Assembly: GCA_904378095.1 (NCBI GenBank)
Contig: CAJFHE010000002.1
Coordinates: 20,194-84,193 of the forward strand
Origin: an uncultured Clostridia bacterium
Lineage (GTDB): Bacteria > Bacillota > Clostridia > TANB77 > CAG-508
Reading direction: 5' to 3'
DNA length: 64,000 nt
Every line of letters begins with the position of its first letter. Position 1 is the stretch's first letter. Positions 11,454 to 22,720 of this stretch are shown piece by piece. The notes under the pieces are model-generated. The model saw only the letters and a list, made by a program, of their open reading frames with translations, searched no databases and was not told the DNA's origin. Made by a program: the position numbers and the translations under genes.

Positions 11454-11661
11454 TTACTTTATATAAATCTGGACACGCGCCGAGGTGAAATCGCTGGAAT
11501 CGCTCGTACTGCTGTAGTGGCGAGAGGAAGCGTAATTGTCGCTTAAGCTTTCGATGTAATAGCCACCTCTATACACACGTTGCAGTAGCTAATATATATC
11601 CTTCACTATTCGTTTGACATATGAAGTTTAATGCTGTATCCCATGCATAACTACATGCAAA
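11454..11661 (-). pseudogene. remnant of a C-type-lectin/FGE-sulfatase-fold protein C-terminus (DGR-target-like variable region)
   Basis: Two out-of-frame pieces: FACSYAWDTALNFICQTNSEGYILATAT (11661-11578) and VYRGGYYIESLSDNYASSRHYSSTSDSSDFTSARVQIYIK* (11576-11454). No start codon or RBS. Confidence 0.6.
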
Positions 11662-11662
11662 A

Positions 11663-13507
11663 TTAATCCGAAACTTCCTCAACTTTTTCAAAATCAATTC
11701 TTCTTGTCTGTTTATCAGCTGCAATTACGCGTATATTAATCTTGTCTCCTATATGATACATTGTTTTCGTTTTTTCGCCCATCAAAGTTTTTCTGTCCTC
11801 GTCATATATGAAATATTCATTACCTAGCTTGTCAAATCTTATCATACCTTCTACAGTATTTTCTAACTCTACAAATACACCAAATGATGTAATACTTGAG
11901 ATAATTCCTGGATATTCCTCTCCAATGTGATTTTCCATATATTCTGCCATTTTGATGTCTACGCTTTCTCTTTCTACCTTCTGTGCTATTTTCTCTCTTT
12001 CTGAAGATGTTTCCGCATATTTTGTGGCTTGGGCACTATATTTTTCTATTTCTTCTTCTGATAAATTATATCCTTGTTTTAAATACTTTGAAATTATCCT
12101 ATGAATAAATAAATCTGGATATCTTCTAATTGGTGATGTAAAGTGACAATAATATTTACTTGCAATTCCAAAATGGCCTTTGTTTTCACTTTCATATCTA
12201 GCTACTTTAAGTGTTCTTAAAATCAAGTTGGAGATAACTCTTTCTTCTGGCTTACCTTTAATTTTTTCTAATACATCTGCAAATGCTGTTGGATGTACTT
12301 CTTCTTTATTGCACTTTACTCTATAACCTAAGTTAAATAAAAATTTATTAAGCTCAGTAACTTTTTCCATGTCTGGTGCTTCGTGTACTCTGTAGATAAA
12401 AGGAGCTTCTAACCAGTAAAATTTCTCTGCAACGGTTTCATTTGCAGTTAGCATAAATTGCTCTATTATTTCATTTGCAAATGTTATTTCATATTTTTTA
12501 ATGTCGACTGCAATTCCTCTTTCGTCCAAAACGACTTTACTTTCTGGAATATCTAAGTCTAAGCTTCCATCTTTTGCTCTTCTATTTTTTAAAATATGAG
12601 CTAGCTCTTCCATTAATCTAAAATGCTCTATATATTTAGAATATCTTTTTGTAACTTCTCTATCTGAATTATCTAGTATTTTTTGTACATTAGTATATGA
12701 CATTCTTTCTGTTACATTAATTACACTTTTAAAAATGTCAGAAGAAATAACTTGCCCCTTTGCATTAATTTCCATAATACATGAAATTGCGAATCTATCT
12801 TTACCTGCATTTAAGCTACATATCCCGTTTGAAAGTTCCACTGGAAGCATTGGTATAACTCTATCTAACATGTAGACACTTGTCCCTCTTATAATTGCTT
12901 CTTTATCTAAGAATGAGCCTTCTTTAACATAATGACTGACATCTGCAATGTGAACTCCTAAAATATAATTTCCATTATCTAGTTTCTTCACATTTACAGC
13001 ATCATCTAAATCTTTGGCATCTTCTCCATCTATTGTAAAAATTTCTTCTTCTCTCAAGTCTCTCCTGTTTTTTATGTCATCCTCATCTACTTCTTGAGCT
13101 ATTTTTTTAGCTTCTTTTGAGACTGGCTCTGGAAATTCATATGGTAAATCATATTCTTTTATTAGAGACATCATATCAACACCTGCTTGGTCAATATATC
13201 CTATTATCTCTATAATTTTCCCCTCTGCACTCTTATCTTTCTTAGGAAGTTTTGTAATTTCTACAACTACTTTTTGATTATTTTTTGCCTTCATGGCATC
13301 TTTCTTAGAAATATAAATGTCGGAGCCAAGCTTTTTATCATCTGGAATTACAAATCCAAAATTTCTGCTCTTTTGATAAGTTCCAACAACAGTATTCTTT
13401 TCCAAATCAAATATCTTACTGTCTTCTTTTACTTTAGGCTTTAATTCTTTCTTAAATTTCATATTTAAATTTTTAAACTGTTTTTTACTAATTTTCTTTT
13501 TACTCAA
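11663..13507 (-). CDS. rnr: ribonuclease R
   Basis: TIDGEDAKDLDDA, HFTSPIRRYPDL and a C-terminal S1 domain. Downstream of secG. Confidence 0.96.
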   Translation of the reverse strand: MSKKKISKKQFKNLNMKFKKELKPKVKEDSKIFDLEKNTVVGTYQKSRNFGFVIPDDKKLGSDIYISKKDAMKAKNNQKVVVEITKLPKKDKSAEGKIIEIIGYIDQAGVDMMSLIKEYDLPYEFPEPVSKEAKKIAQEVDEDDIKNRRDLREEEIFTIDGEDAKDLDDAVNVKKLDNGNYILGVHIADVSHYVKEGSFLDKEAIIRGTSVYMLDRVIPMLPVELSNGICSLNAGKDRFAISCIMEINAKGQVISSDIFKSVINVTERMSYTNVQKILDNSDREVTKRYSKYIEHFRLMEELAHILKNRRAKDGSLDLDIPESKVVLDERGIAVDIKKYEITFANEIIEQFMLTANETVAEKFYWLEAPFIYRVHEAPDMEKVTELNKFLFNLGYRVKCNKEEVHPTAFADVLEKIKGKPEERVISNLILRTLKVARYESENKGHFGIASKYYCHFTSPIRRYPDLFIHRIISKYLKQGYNLSEEEIEKYSAQATKYAETSSEREKIAQKVERESVDIKMAEYMENHIGEEYPGIISSITSFGVFVELENTVEGMIRFDKLGNEYFIYDEDRKTLMGEKTKTMYHIGDKINIRVIAADKQTRRIDFEKVEEVSD

Positions 13508-13588
13508 ATTCTTACCTCTTTCTTATATAAAAAGAACATATATAAAAATCTATATATGTTCTTAAGTCTATTTCTATATAATAAAATA

Positions 13589-13840
13589 CTACATTACAAA
13601 TAATATTGAAAGTACAACTGCAAGTACAACAAATAAAACTCCAGAGATTATAGTAGTTCTTTTAAGCCTTCCTTCCTTTGTTCTACCTTTATTATTTTCA
13701 TAAAAGTTATTTGCTGCTGCACCTGTAACTGTTTGTGATGCTCCACTTGTATCTCTTGCTTGAATTGTTGCAAGTACAATTAATACTATACATACTATAA
13801 CATATATAACTAAAACTATATTTCTTATTATTTCTATCAT
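13589..13840 (-). CDS. secG: preprotein translocase subunit SecG
   Basis: Two TM helices, ~83 aa, upstream of rnr. ATG at 13840 follows GGAGG. Confidence 0.85.
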   Translation of the reverse strand: MIEIIRNIVLVIYVIVCIVLIVLATIQARDTSGASQTVTGAAANNFYENNKGRTKEGRLKRTTIISGVLFVVLAVVLSILFVM

Positions 13841-13983
13841 TGTAACCTCCATACTTTAGCTAAACCTTTTATAAGTTATTATTGCTATCTGTTAAATTCT
13901 CTTTTTTGTAACATTAAATATTTTACCATATCTTTGAATTCATTTCAAGTCTTTTTGTTAAAAACACATTGATTTTATTGAAT

Positions 13984-14520
13984 TTATACTACATCCTTCA
14001 TATTTTTCATAAATATAAAGCTTTCTATCAAGTCCATTATCGCATATATCAAAACAATTACGCCTAAAGTTAAGATTAATGCACCTGGATAAAAAGTAAC
14101 ATATAGACCACCAATAACCATTAACACTGCAAGTGTTAATACTACTGCCCATAATTTAGTATTTACATCTTTTAATCTAAAAGATAAGGTAAATCTAGTA
14201 AATCCGCTATATATAATCCATATACCTATCATAATTCTAAATATACTTTCAATTGTATTACTATATACTATTGTTACTAAACCTATTACAATTGCAATTA
14301 ATCCCCATGCAATGTCATTTGAAAAAAATGTAGAATTTCCTTTTGATGCAAAATAACTAATTACTTTTAAAATTCCTATTATTATAAAAAATGCTCCAAG
14401 TATTGTAGAAATAAATTTCATTGTTGTATCTGGGAAAAATATCATAATTAATCCTATTATTGCAAATATAATTGATGTTAGTACAGATGTCCAACCTGCT
14501 TTTTTTAAAAATTTCTCCAT
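13984..14520 (-). CDS. DUF308/HdeD-family membrane protein
   Basis: Six hydrophobic helices in a repeated pattern. Confidence 0.75.
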   Translation of the reverse strand: MEKFLKKAGWTSVLTSIIFAIIGLIMIFFPDTTMKFISTILGAFFIIIGILKVISYFASKGNSTFFSNDIAWGLIAIVIGLVTIVYSNTIESIFRIMIGIWIIYSGFTRFTLSFRLKDVNTKLWAVVLTLAVLMVIGGLYVTFYPGALILTLGVIVLIYAIMDLIESFIFMKNMKDVV

Positions 14521-14545
14521 TTTTTTGCTCCTCCTTTTTTACATT

Positions 14546-15862
14546 CTATGCAGTAGTTACATTTTTCTTAGTTGTTACTCTTTTACTTGAATTAGTCTTT
14601 TTTGGTACTTCCCTATTATTATTGATTATTATTTTTGGTGGCTCTCCATTTGCTACAGTTTCCTTCGTTATAATGCATTTTTCTATTTTAGGGTTTGATG
14701 GAATTTCAAACATTATATCCCTCATAATCTCCTCTATAATAGAGCGAAGTCCTCTAGCACCTGTTTTTCTTTCTATTGCTTTATCTACTATTAATCCTAA
14801 TGCTTCTGGCTCAAATTCAAGCTCAACATTATCCATTTCAAACAATTTTTTATATTGTTTCACTAGAGCATTCTTAGGTTTTGTTACAATATCTATTAAT
14901 GCATTTCTATCTAATTCTTCTAATGTTGCTATTATTGGCAAACGTCCTACAAATTCAGGAATTAGTCCAAATTTTAATAAATCTTGTGGTAACAATTGCT
15001 CAAATACTTTATACTTATCTATATCTTTGTTACTATCAATAGTAGCTCCAAAACCTATAGATTTCTTTCCGATTCTATCTTTCACAATTTTTTCTAGTCC
15101 TTCAAAAGCTCCTCCACATATAAATAGTATATTTGATGTGTCGATTTGGATAAATTCCTGATGTGGATGCTTTCTTCCCCCCTGTGGAGGTACTGAAGCA
15201 ATTGTTCCTTCAACTATTTTTAATAATGCTTGTTGTACACCTTCTCCACTTACATCCCTTGTTATAGATGGATTTTCTGATTTTCTAGAAATTTTGTCTA
15301 TTTCATCTATATATATAATTCCTCTTTCTGCCTTTTCCACGTCATAATCTGCTGCCTGGATTAGTTTTAGCAATATATTTTCTACATCTTCGCCAACATA
15401 TCCAGCTTCTGTAAGAGTAGTAGCATCTGCTATTGCAAATGGCACCTTTAATATTCTAGCAAGTGTTTGTGCTAAAAGTGTTTTTCCACATCCTGTAGGT
15501 CCTAAAAGTAATACATTACTTTTTTGAAGCTCTACTTCATCTTTATCTTTTTCTTCTTTACTATTAATACGTTTGTAATGATTATACACAGCAACTGCTA
15601 AAGTTTTTTTAGCTTCATCTTGACCAATTACATAAGTATCTAAAATTTCTTTAATTTCTGCTGGATTAGGTAATTCTTCTTTATCTGCTAAAGTATATGT
15701 CATTTCTGCATCTTCATACAAATCATCCTCTACAATATTAGAGCATATTTTTACACAATCGCTGCATATATATACTCCAGGTCCAGCAATAATTCTATCA
15801 ACTTCATCTTGTGATTTTCCACAAAAAGAACATCTAATACTTTTTTGTCTACTATTTGCCAT
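14546..15862 (-). CDS. clpX: ATP-dependent Clp protease ATP-binding subunit ClpX
   Basis: CSFCGK zinc finger, GPTGCGKT and [14 protein letters not shown]. Confidence 0.98.
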   Translation of the reverse strand: MANSRQKSIRCSFCGKSQDEVDRIIAGPGVYICSDCVKICSNIVEDDLYEDAEMTYTLADKEELPNPAEIKEILDTYVIGQDEAKKTLAVAVYNHYKRINSKEEKDKDEVELQKSNVLLLGPTGCGKTLLAQTLARILKVPFAIADATTLTEAGYVGEDVENILLKLIQAADYDVEKAERGIIYIDEIDKISRKSENPSITRDVSGEGVQQALLKIVEGTIASVPPQGGRKHPHQEFIQIDTSNILFICGGAFEGLEKIVKDRIGKKSIGFGATIDSNKDIDKYKVFEQLLPQDLLKFGLIPEFVGRLPIIATLEELDRNALIDIVTKPKNALVKQYKKLFEMDNVELEFEPEALGLIVDKAIERKTGARGLRSIIEEIMRDIMFEIPSNPKIEKCIITKETVANGEPPKIIINNNREVPKKTNSSKRVTTKKNVTTA

Positions 15863-15886
15863 TTTTATTTCCTTTCTATTTACTAA

Positions 15887-16489
15887 TTATTTTCTTTTGT
15901 CCATAATTCCATCAATAAGACCATACTTCAAAGCCTCTTCTGCTGTCATCCAATGGTCTCTTTCAGTATCTCTTTCTATTGTTTCTATACTTTGACCAGT
16001 TTTATCACTTAACAATTTATTTAATTTTTCTCTTGTCTTAATCATATGGTCTGCATGTATTTTTATTTCTGTTGTTTGTCCTGCAATTCCATTTCCGCCT
16101 ATTAATGGTTGATGGATTAATATTTCTGCATTTGGTGTTGCAAATCTTTTTCCTTTTTCACCATTTGCAAGTAATACAGCACCAAAACTTGCTGCTAAAC
16201 CCACACAGATTGTAGATACTGGGCATTTTATATAATTCATAGTGTCTACAATTCCCATTCCATCTGTAATTGAGCCTCCAGGGCTATTGATGTATAAACT
16301 AATTTCTCTATCTGGATCTTCTGACTCCAAGAATAACAATTGTGCTATTACTAAACTTGCTGTTGTAGCATTTACATCTTCTCCTAAAAATATAATTCTA
16401 TCTTTTAATAATCTAGAGAATATATCATATGATCTTTCTCCCTTTGCTGTTTGCTCTATAACATATGGAACTAAACTATTTCTTTCCAT
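15887..16489 (-). CDS. clpP: ATP-dependent Clp protease proteolytic subunit
   Basis: [20 protein letters not shown] and IHQP. ATG at 16489 follows GGAGG. Confidence 0.97.
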   Translation of the reverse strand: MERNSLVPYVIEQTAKGERSYDIFSRLLKDRIIFLGEDVNATTASLVIAQLLFLESEDPDREISLYINSPGGSITDGMGIVDTMNYIKCPVSTICVGLAASFGAVLLANGEKGKRFATPNAEILIHQPLIGGNGIAGQTTEIKIHADHMIKTREKLNKLLSDKTGQSIETIERDTERDHWMTAEEALKYGLIDGIMDKRK

Positions 16490-16689
16490 TAAAATTCCTC
16501 CTTTATTAATCAACTTAATTTACATTGATATTATATATCATTTTAATCTTAAATTGTCAAATTTATATTAATGTTTTAGCAAAAAAAGTTAGCGGTAAAA
16601 TGTATTTTTCTAAATCAACTTTTTCCCCCTAACTTTCTTTATTTTTTACTCTCTTTTTTAGTCTGTTTTGATTAGTTGGAAAAGAATTG

Positions 16690-16780
16690 ATGTTTTGGCT
16701 AGGCGAACAAGTGAGAAAACCGGAAGCGTACTTTGTGTACGCTGAGGATTTTCGAAACGCAGTTTAACAACGCTAAAACT
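16690..16780. repeat. GC-richer interrupted hairpin element immediately downstream of tig
   Basis: GAAAACC..AGCGTAC-TTTGT-GTACGCT..GGATTTTC core inverted repeat. Confidence 0.45.
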
Positions 16781-16783
16781 CAA

Positions 16784-18073
16784 TTATTTTTCAACTCTCT
16801 TTGCATTTTGTACAATAAAATCAATAGCCTTTTCTGTCTTTAAATTTTCTTCTATGTATTCTTTTAATTGTACATTTTCTAGTAATTCTTCTTCTTTTCT
16901 TCCATATTGTTTTGCCATTTCTTTTATTTTCTCTGTTACTTCTTCTGGAGTAACTTCTATCTTTTCTGCTTTTACTATAGCTTCTAATACTAATCTAGAT
17001 TTAACAGATTTTTCTGCTTGCTCTTTATAATCTTTTCTTATATCTTCTTCTGTTCTACCCATTATTTGAAGATATTGATTTAAGTTTAATCCTTGATAAG
17101 ATAATCTATTTTCTAGCTCTCTTACCATATTGTCTATTTCCATTTCAATCATTCCGTTTGGAATATCTAATTTAGTATTATCACATACAGTCTTTATAGC
17201 TTCTTCTTCTGTCTCATATTTTGCTTTATTAGTATTTTCTGTATCTAATTTCTCTTTTATACTATTCTTTAATTCGTCTAAAGTGTCAAATTCACTAACA
17301 TCTTTTGCGAATTCATCATCCATTTTTGGTAATTCTTTTTTCTTTATTTCATGTAATTTAACTTTAAATACAGCATCTTTTCCAGCTAAATCTTTAGAGA
17401 AGTAATCATCTGGGAATTTTACTTTTATATCTTTTTCTTCGTCTATTTTCATACCAATTACTTGGTCTTCAAATCCTGGTATAAAAGTATTGCTTCCAAT
17501 TTCTAATTCGTGGTTTTCAGCTTTTCCACCTTCAAATTCTACTCCATCTACTGAGCCAACAAAATCTATTGTTGTTATATCACCTTTTTCTACTGCTCTA
17601 TCTTCTACAGTAACTAATCTTGCATTTCTTTCTGCCATATGTCCTAATTCATGCTCTATATCTTTGTCAGATGTAGTATACTCAATTTTTTTGATTTCTA
17701 TACCTTTATATTTTCCAAGCTCAACTTCTGGCTTTGTTTCAACAGTTGCTGTAAAGATTAATTCTTTTCCTTTTTCCATTTGTACTATATCTATATTTGG
17801 TCTGCTAACCGCTTCTACTTTATTCTCTTTTATTGCTTCATCATATATATCTGGCACTAATTCATTAAAAGCATCTTCATAAAATATAGCAGATCCATAT
17901 TGTCTTTCTACTAATTGCATTGGTGCTTTTCCTTTTCTAAATCCAGGTATATTAAAATATTTAGCAGTTTTTGCATATACCTTTTTCATTGCTTCTTCAA
18001 ATTTTTCTGCCTCGATGTTAAATGTTAATTTTACTTCATTTTTGTTTTCTGTGTTTTCTACTTTTACGTTCAT
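16784..18073 (-). CDS. tig: trigger factor
   Basis: IPGFRKGKAP signature, FKBP domain and tig-clpP-clpX order. Confidence 0.97.
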   Translation of the reverse strand: MNVKVENTENKNEVKLTFNIEAEKFEEAMKKVYAKTAKYFNIPGFRKGKAPMQLVERQYGSAIFYEDAFNELVPDIYDEAIKENKVEAVSRPNIDIVQMEKGKELIFTATVETKPEVELGKYKGIEIKKIEYTTSDKDIEHELGHMAERNARLVTVEDRAVEKGDITTIDFVGSVDGVEFEGGKAENHELEIGSNTFIPGFEDQVIGMKIDEEKDIKVKFPDDYFSKDLAGKDAVFKVKLHEIKKKELPKMDDEFAKDVSEFDTLDELKNSIKEKLDTENTNKAKYETEEEAIKTVCDNTKLDIPNGMIEMEIDNMVRELENRLSYQGLNLNQYLQIMGRTEEDIRKDYKEQAEKSVKSRLVLEAIVKAEKIEVTPEEVTEKIKEMAKQYGRKEEELLENVQLKEYIEENLKTEKAIDFIVQNAKRVEK

Positions 18074-18161
18074 ATTATTCATCCTTTCACGATATATTTC
18101 TATTAAGCTTAATTATTATATCACATTTTTTAAATTTTGCAATAGTTTACATATTTTTTTC

Positions 18162-18389
18162 TCAAGTTTCATTTGTATCTACACTACTTCCAGCATTAAT
18201 TGAATTTAATCTATTCTCTACATCTAACGCATTCTCTAAGTGTTGAAAGTCACTTTCCATTTTTTCATTACTTTCAATTATAAAGTCTCTAGTAAAATCC
18301 ACGACATATACAAGTACTGCAGTAGCGACAGCAACTAGTATTATTATTCCTATAAACATCGGTATATTTATTTTTACTTCTCTATACAT
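18162..18389 (-). CDS. small single-TM hypothetical protein
   Basis: RBS AGGAG, one hydrophobic helix, co-oriented. Confidence 0.6.
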   Translation of the reverse strand: MYREVKINIPMFIGIIILVAVATAVLVYVVDFTRDFIIESNEKMESDFQHLENALDVENRLNSINAGSSVDTNET

Positions 18390-18405
18390 ATAAAAACTCC
18401 TAATT

Positions 18406-19110
18406 TTACAATTTTATTAGATTAAAATTCAAATAATCTGCACTAATTAATTTATATTCAATTCCATTTACTAAGCCTTCTATTGCCTCCTTATGTGATA
18501 ATCCATGTAAATGTCCATAAAAGCATCGATGTATATTGTATTTTTGAAATGTCTTTACAAACTCTGTTTTTTCTCCTCCCATTAAATCACTTTTATTAAT
18601 TGGTGGATAATGCATAAAAACTATTATTTCTTTATCTGAGCCATATTTTTTTAATCCGTCTTGTATAGATAGCTCAAGCCTAGCATTTTCCCTTTTTATC
18701 ATTTTGCTATCATTTTCTGTATCTAGTATATTCCATCCTCTAGTCCCAACAATTATTTTATCTTCTACTAAATAGCTATTATTATATAAAAAATATATAT
18801 TTTTAAAGCCGTTTTCTTTTATAAACTCATTCATTTTAGTTAAAGTTGTCCACCAATAGTCATGGTTTCCTTTTAACAAAATCTTTGTACCTGGCAAACT
18901 ATTTAAATACTGAAAATCAAGTTTTGTGTTGTTTAAATACATTTCCCATGAGAAATCTCCAGGAAGTATAACATAATCTTCTTCTTTTACTTGTTTTATC
19001 CAATTTTCTTTTATTTTTTCAGCATGATTTTCCCAGTTATCTCCAAATATATCCATTGGCTTATCTTCTGAAAAAGATAAGTGTAAATCAGCTATTGCGT
19101 ATATTGCCAT
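18406..19110 (-). CDS. calcineurin-like metallophosphoesterase
   Basis: ADLH, PGD, GNHD, HYPP and GHLH motifs. Confidence 0.9.
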   Translation of the reverse strand: MAIYAIADLHLSFSEDKPMDIFGDNWENHAEKIKENWIKQVKEEDYVILPGDFSWEMYLNNTKLDFQYLNSLPGTKILLKGNHDYWWTTLTKMNEFIKENGFKNIYFLYNNSYLVEDKIIVGTRGWNILDTENDSKMIKRENARLELSIQDGLKKYGSDKEIIVFMHYPPINKSDLMGGEKTEFVKTFQKYNIHRCFYGHLHGLSHKEAIEGLVNGIEYKLISADYLNFNLIKL

Positions 19111-19212
19111 AGCATTGCTCCTTTATTTATATCATTGCTATTAATCCTTTTTGATTATATCACTTTTAATATTAATATACTACATAAAATATTAAATTTT
19201 TAAATAATATTT

Positions 19213-20202
19213 TTAATTAATTTTTAAATTAGGCACTGCATTTAATGTTAAATCTGATGTCACTCCTGAAACATATCTATAATATCCAGCTGATGCAATC
19301 ATTGCTGCATTATCAGTACAAAGTATAGGCTCTGGATAATAGATTTTATATCCTTGATTTTCTAAATTTATAAACTGCTCTCTTATGTATGAATTTGCAG
19401 ATACTCCGCCTGCTAACGCAATTGTTCTAATATTTAATTTTTCTGCCGCTTTTATTGTATTATTGATTAATATTTCTGTAACATATTTTTCAAAGCTTGC
19501 GCATAAATCTGCTTTATTAATATCTGGATTTTTATGATGTAAATTTATTATGGCTGTTTTTATTCCGCTAAAGCTAAAATCAAGTCCCTCTATATGTGTT
19601 TTTGGGAGCTCTATATTTGGATTTCCTTCTTTTGCCAACTTGTCTACCTTTGGTCCTCCTGGATATCCAAGCCCTATAACTCTTGCCACTTTATCAAAAG
19701 CTTCTCCTATAGCATCATCTCTGGTTTTACCTAATATTTCAAATTTACCATAATCTTGAATATGTACTAAATGGGTATGCCCTCCAGAAATTATTAAACA
19801 TAAAAATGGTGGCTTTAATTCCTTATGAGTAATATAGTTTGCTGCTATATGACCTTCTATATGATTTGTTCCAGTAAGTGGTTTATTTAACGCATAGCTT
19901 AATCCCTTTGCATATGATACTCCAACTAGTAATGCGCCTACAAGTCCTGGTCCATACGTACAGGCTATGTTATCAATATCTTGAAATGTAACATTTGCTT
20001 CTTTTAATGCTTCTTTTGTCACATCAGAAATAGCTTCTATATGATTTCTAGAAGCTATTTCTGGCACAACTCCACCAAATTTTTCATGTATTTTTATTTG
20101 TGAATTTATAACATTGGACAAAACCTCTCTGCCATTTTTCACAACAGCTACAGAGGTTTCATCACAACTTGATTCAATTCCTAGTGTAATTATATCTTGC
20201 AT
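19213..20202 (-). CDS. tsaD: tRNA N6-adenosine threonylcarbamoyltransferase TsaD
   Basis: [26 protein letters not shown] and CTDNAAMI. Confidence 0.97.
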   Translation of the reverse strand: MQDIITLGIESSCDETSVAVVKNGREVLSNVINSQIKIHEKFGGVVPEIASRNHIEAISDVTKEALKEANVTFQDIDNIACTYGPGLVGALLVGVSYAKGLSYALNKPLTGTNHIEGHIAANYITHKELKPPFLCLIISGGHTHLVHIQDYGKFEILGKTRDDAIGEAFDKVARVIGLGYPGGPKVDKLAKEGNPNIELPKTHIEGLDFSFSGIKTAIINLHHKNPDINKADLCASFEKYVTEILINNTIKAAEKLNIRTIALAGGVSANSYIREQFINLENQGYKIYYPEPILCTDNAAMIASAGYYRYVSGVTSDLTLNAVPNLKIN

Positions 20203-20293
20203 TTCATATTCCTTTCCGAAATGAATTTTTAGTGCAATTTCAAAGCTAGTTAAAAAACTTTATTTGAAAATTGCAAATATTTTAATGTTTTAT

Positions 20294-21037
20294 TTATCTC
20301 ATAATCAAGCCAAAAGCACTAGCACAAATATACTCCAATCCATTATATGCCCAAGTTATTATTGGTGATATTATTAAGCTTAATATTCCTACAATCCATA
20401 ATGCAATAAAGATAATTTCAAATATTTGGCTATGAGAATCCATCCAGTTTCTTGCATTATATGGTAAAAATCCCCCTAATACTTTTGAGCCATCAAGTGG
20501 TGGTAATGGAATTAAGTTAAATATTCCAAGACCTAAATTTGTAATAACAATTGATGATAATATTGAATTTACAATAATTCCTGCGTTTGTAAAGTAAAAA
20601 CTTGGTGCAAACTTCATAATGCAACATGAGATAATTTCAAACACAATTGCAATAATAAAATTCATTATTGGACCTGCTGCTGCCACTATTGCTTCTGCTT
20701 TAGAAAGTGATATATCTCTATTAAAATTTCTCGGATTGATTTCAACCGGTTTTCCCCATCCAAATCCAGCAAAAACTAGCATTATAGTTCCAAAAGGGTC
20801 TAAATGCTTAAATGGGTTTAAATTTAATCTTCCCTGTCTTCGTGGCGTATCATCTCCCAGTCTATCTGCAGCAAATGCATGTGCAAACTCATGGAATGTA
20901 ATTGCTATTAATATTCCAGGTATAGAAATCACAAAACTAAGTAATGCCCCCTCCTGCGAAAACAGCGACATAAATGAGCTAAATAGCATTAAAGCTATAA
21001 TTAAAAATATTAATCTTCTATCAATATACATACTCAT
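20294..21037 (-). CDS. site-2 protease (peptidase M50)
   Basis: HEFAH and NLIPLPPLDG. Confidence 0.92.
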   Translation of the reverse strand: MSMYIDRRLIFLIIALMLFSSFMSLFSQEGALLSFVISIPGILIAITFHEFAHAFAADRLGDDTPRRQGRLNLNPFKHLDPFGTIMLVFAGFGWGKPVEINPRNFNRDISLSKAEAIVAAAGPIMNFIIAIVFEIISCCIMKFAPSFYFTNAGIIVNSILSSIVITNLGLGIFNLIPLPPLDGSKVLGGFLPYNARNWMDSHSQIFEIIFIALWIVGILSLIISPIITWAYNGLEYICASAFGLIMR

Positions 21038-21069
21038 ATTCCTTTATAAATAAATTTTGTAATATATAA

Positions 21070-22566
21070 CTAATTTAAAGGCTTCATTGTTGGGAAGAAT
21101 AGTACATCTCTTATAGATGCTTCATTTGTAAGAAGCATTACAAATCTATCTATACCTATTCCTAGTCCACCTGTTGGAGGTAAGCCAATCTCTAATGCTT
21201 GAATGTAGTCTTCATCCATCATTCCAGCTTCTTCGTCTCCTGCATTTCTTGCTTCAACTTGTTTTTTAAATCTTTCATATTGGTCTATTGGGTCATTTAA
21301 CTCTGAAAATGCATTTCCATATTCTCTTCCACCAATGAACACTTCAAATCTTTCAGTAAGTCTGTTGTCTTTTACACTTCTCTTAGCTAATGGAGATATC
21401 TCTACTGGATAATCATATATAAAAGTTGGCTGTATAAGTGTTTTTTCAACATATTCATCAAAGAATAAACTTATAACATCTCCTCTAGTTTCTTTTGTAG
21501 TATCTGGTATAATAATTTTTCTTTCTTTTGCAAGTGCTACTGCTTCTTCATCTGTTTTTATTTCGTTGAAATCAATGCCAGTAACTTCTTTTATAGAATC
21601 TATCATAGAAATTCTCTTCCATCCAGGTGCTAAATCTATTTCTTGCTCTCCATATGTAATTTTAGTTGTACCAAGGACTTCTTTAGCTGTTCTTGAGAAT
21701 AATTCTTCTGTGATATTCATCATATCATTATAATCTTCAAATGCTGCATATAATTCTAGCATTGTAAATTCAGGGTTATGTCTAATATCCATACCCTCAT
21801 TTCTAAATACTCTACCTATTTCAAAAACTTTATCATATCCACCGACAATTAGTCTTTTTAAATTAAGCTCTAATGCAATTCTTAAATACATATCTATATC
21901 CAAAGTATTGTGGTGAGTTATAAATGGTCTTGCTGTTGCTCCACCAGAAATAGTGTTAAGTATTGGTGTTTCAACCTCTAAATATCCTTTTTCTTCCAAT
22001 ATTTTTCTTATATTACTAATTATTTTGCTTCTTAATATAAAAGTTTCTTTAACTTCTGGATTTACTATTAAATCTACATATCTTTGTCTATATCTTAAAT
22101 CTGTATCTTTTAAGCCATGGAATTTTTCTGGAAGTGGTCTTAATGATTTTGAAAGAAGTGTTACTTCTTTTGCATGAATAGAAATTTCTCCTGTTCTTGT
22201 TTTAAATACAAATCCAGTTATTCCTATAATATCTCCAATGTCATCTTCTTTAAATGCTTTGTAGCTTTCTTCTCCTAAGTCATTTATACTAACATAGCTT
22301 TGAATTTTTCCTTCGCTATCTTGTATATGGCAAAATGATGCTTTTCCCATAATTCTTTTTGCCATAATTCTTCCGGCTACAGTTACATCTTTTCCTTCTA
22401 ATTCATCATAATTATCTATAATTTGTTTACTAGTATGTGTTCTGTTAAATTTTGTTATTTCATAAGGATTTTTTCCTTCTTCTTTTAGTTTATCTAATTT
22501 TTCTCTTCTAACTTTCATTAATTGGTTTATGTCCAATTCTTGTTCTACATTATTATTTTCAGCCAT
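21070..22566 (-). CDS. lysS: lysine--tRNA ligase (class II)
   Basis: [18 protein letters not shown] and [11 protein letters not shown] at 22566 follows GGAGG. Confidence 0.98.
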   Translation of the reverse strand: MAENNNVEQELDINQLMKVRREKLDKLKEEGKNPYEITKFNRTHTSKQIIDNYDELEGKDVTVAGRIMAKRIMGKASFCHIQDSEGKIQSYVSINDLGEESYKAFKEDDIGDIIGITGFVFKTRTGEISIHAKEVTLLSKSLRPLPEKFHGLKDTDLRYRQRYVDLIVNPEVKETFILRSKIISNIRKILEEKGYLEVETPILNTISGGATARPFITHHNTLDIDMYLRIALELNLKRLIVGGYDKVFEIGRVFRNEGMDIRHNPEFTMLELYAAFEDYNDMMNITEELFSRTAKEVLGTTKITYGEQEIDLAPGWKRISMIDSIKEVTGIDFNEIKTDEEAVALAKERKIIIPDTTKETRGDVISLFFDEYVEKTLIQPTFIYDYPVEISPLAKRSVKDNRLTERFEVFIGGREYGNAFSELNDPIDQYERFKKQVEARNAGDEEAGMMDEDYIQALEIGLPPTGGLGIGIDRFVMLLTNEASIRDVLFFPTMKPLN

Positions 22567-22720
22567 ATTCTTTTCCTCCATTCGCATTGTAGTGTATTCC
22601 TTACTTGTACACGTAAAATATTATATACTATTTTGATTTTTTTGTAAACCATTTTTTCTTGTTTTTGGGGACGGAGGAAAAAAACAAGATATGAAACAAC
22701 ATCATATCTTGTTTTCTCCC

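Noticed and set aside
11454-11660. tmRNA expected near secG-rnr, and GACAATTACGCT (DNYA) resembles a tag peptide
   Set aside because: No tRNA-like ends, no LAA-stop and no smpB. The region reads better as a protein remnant.
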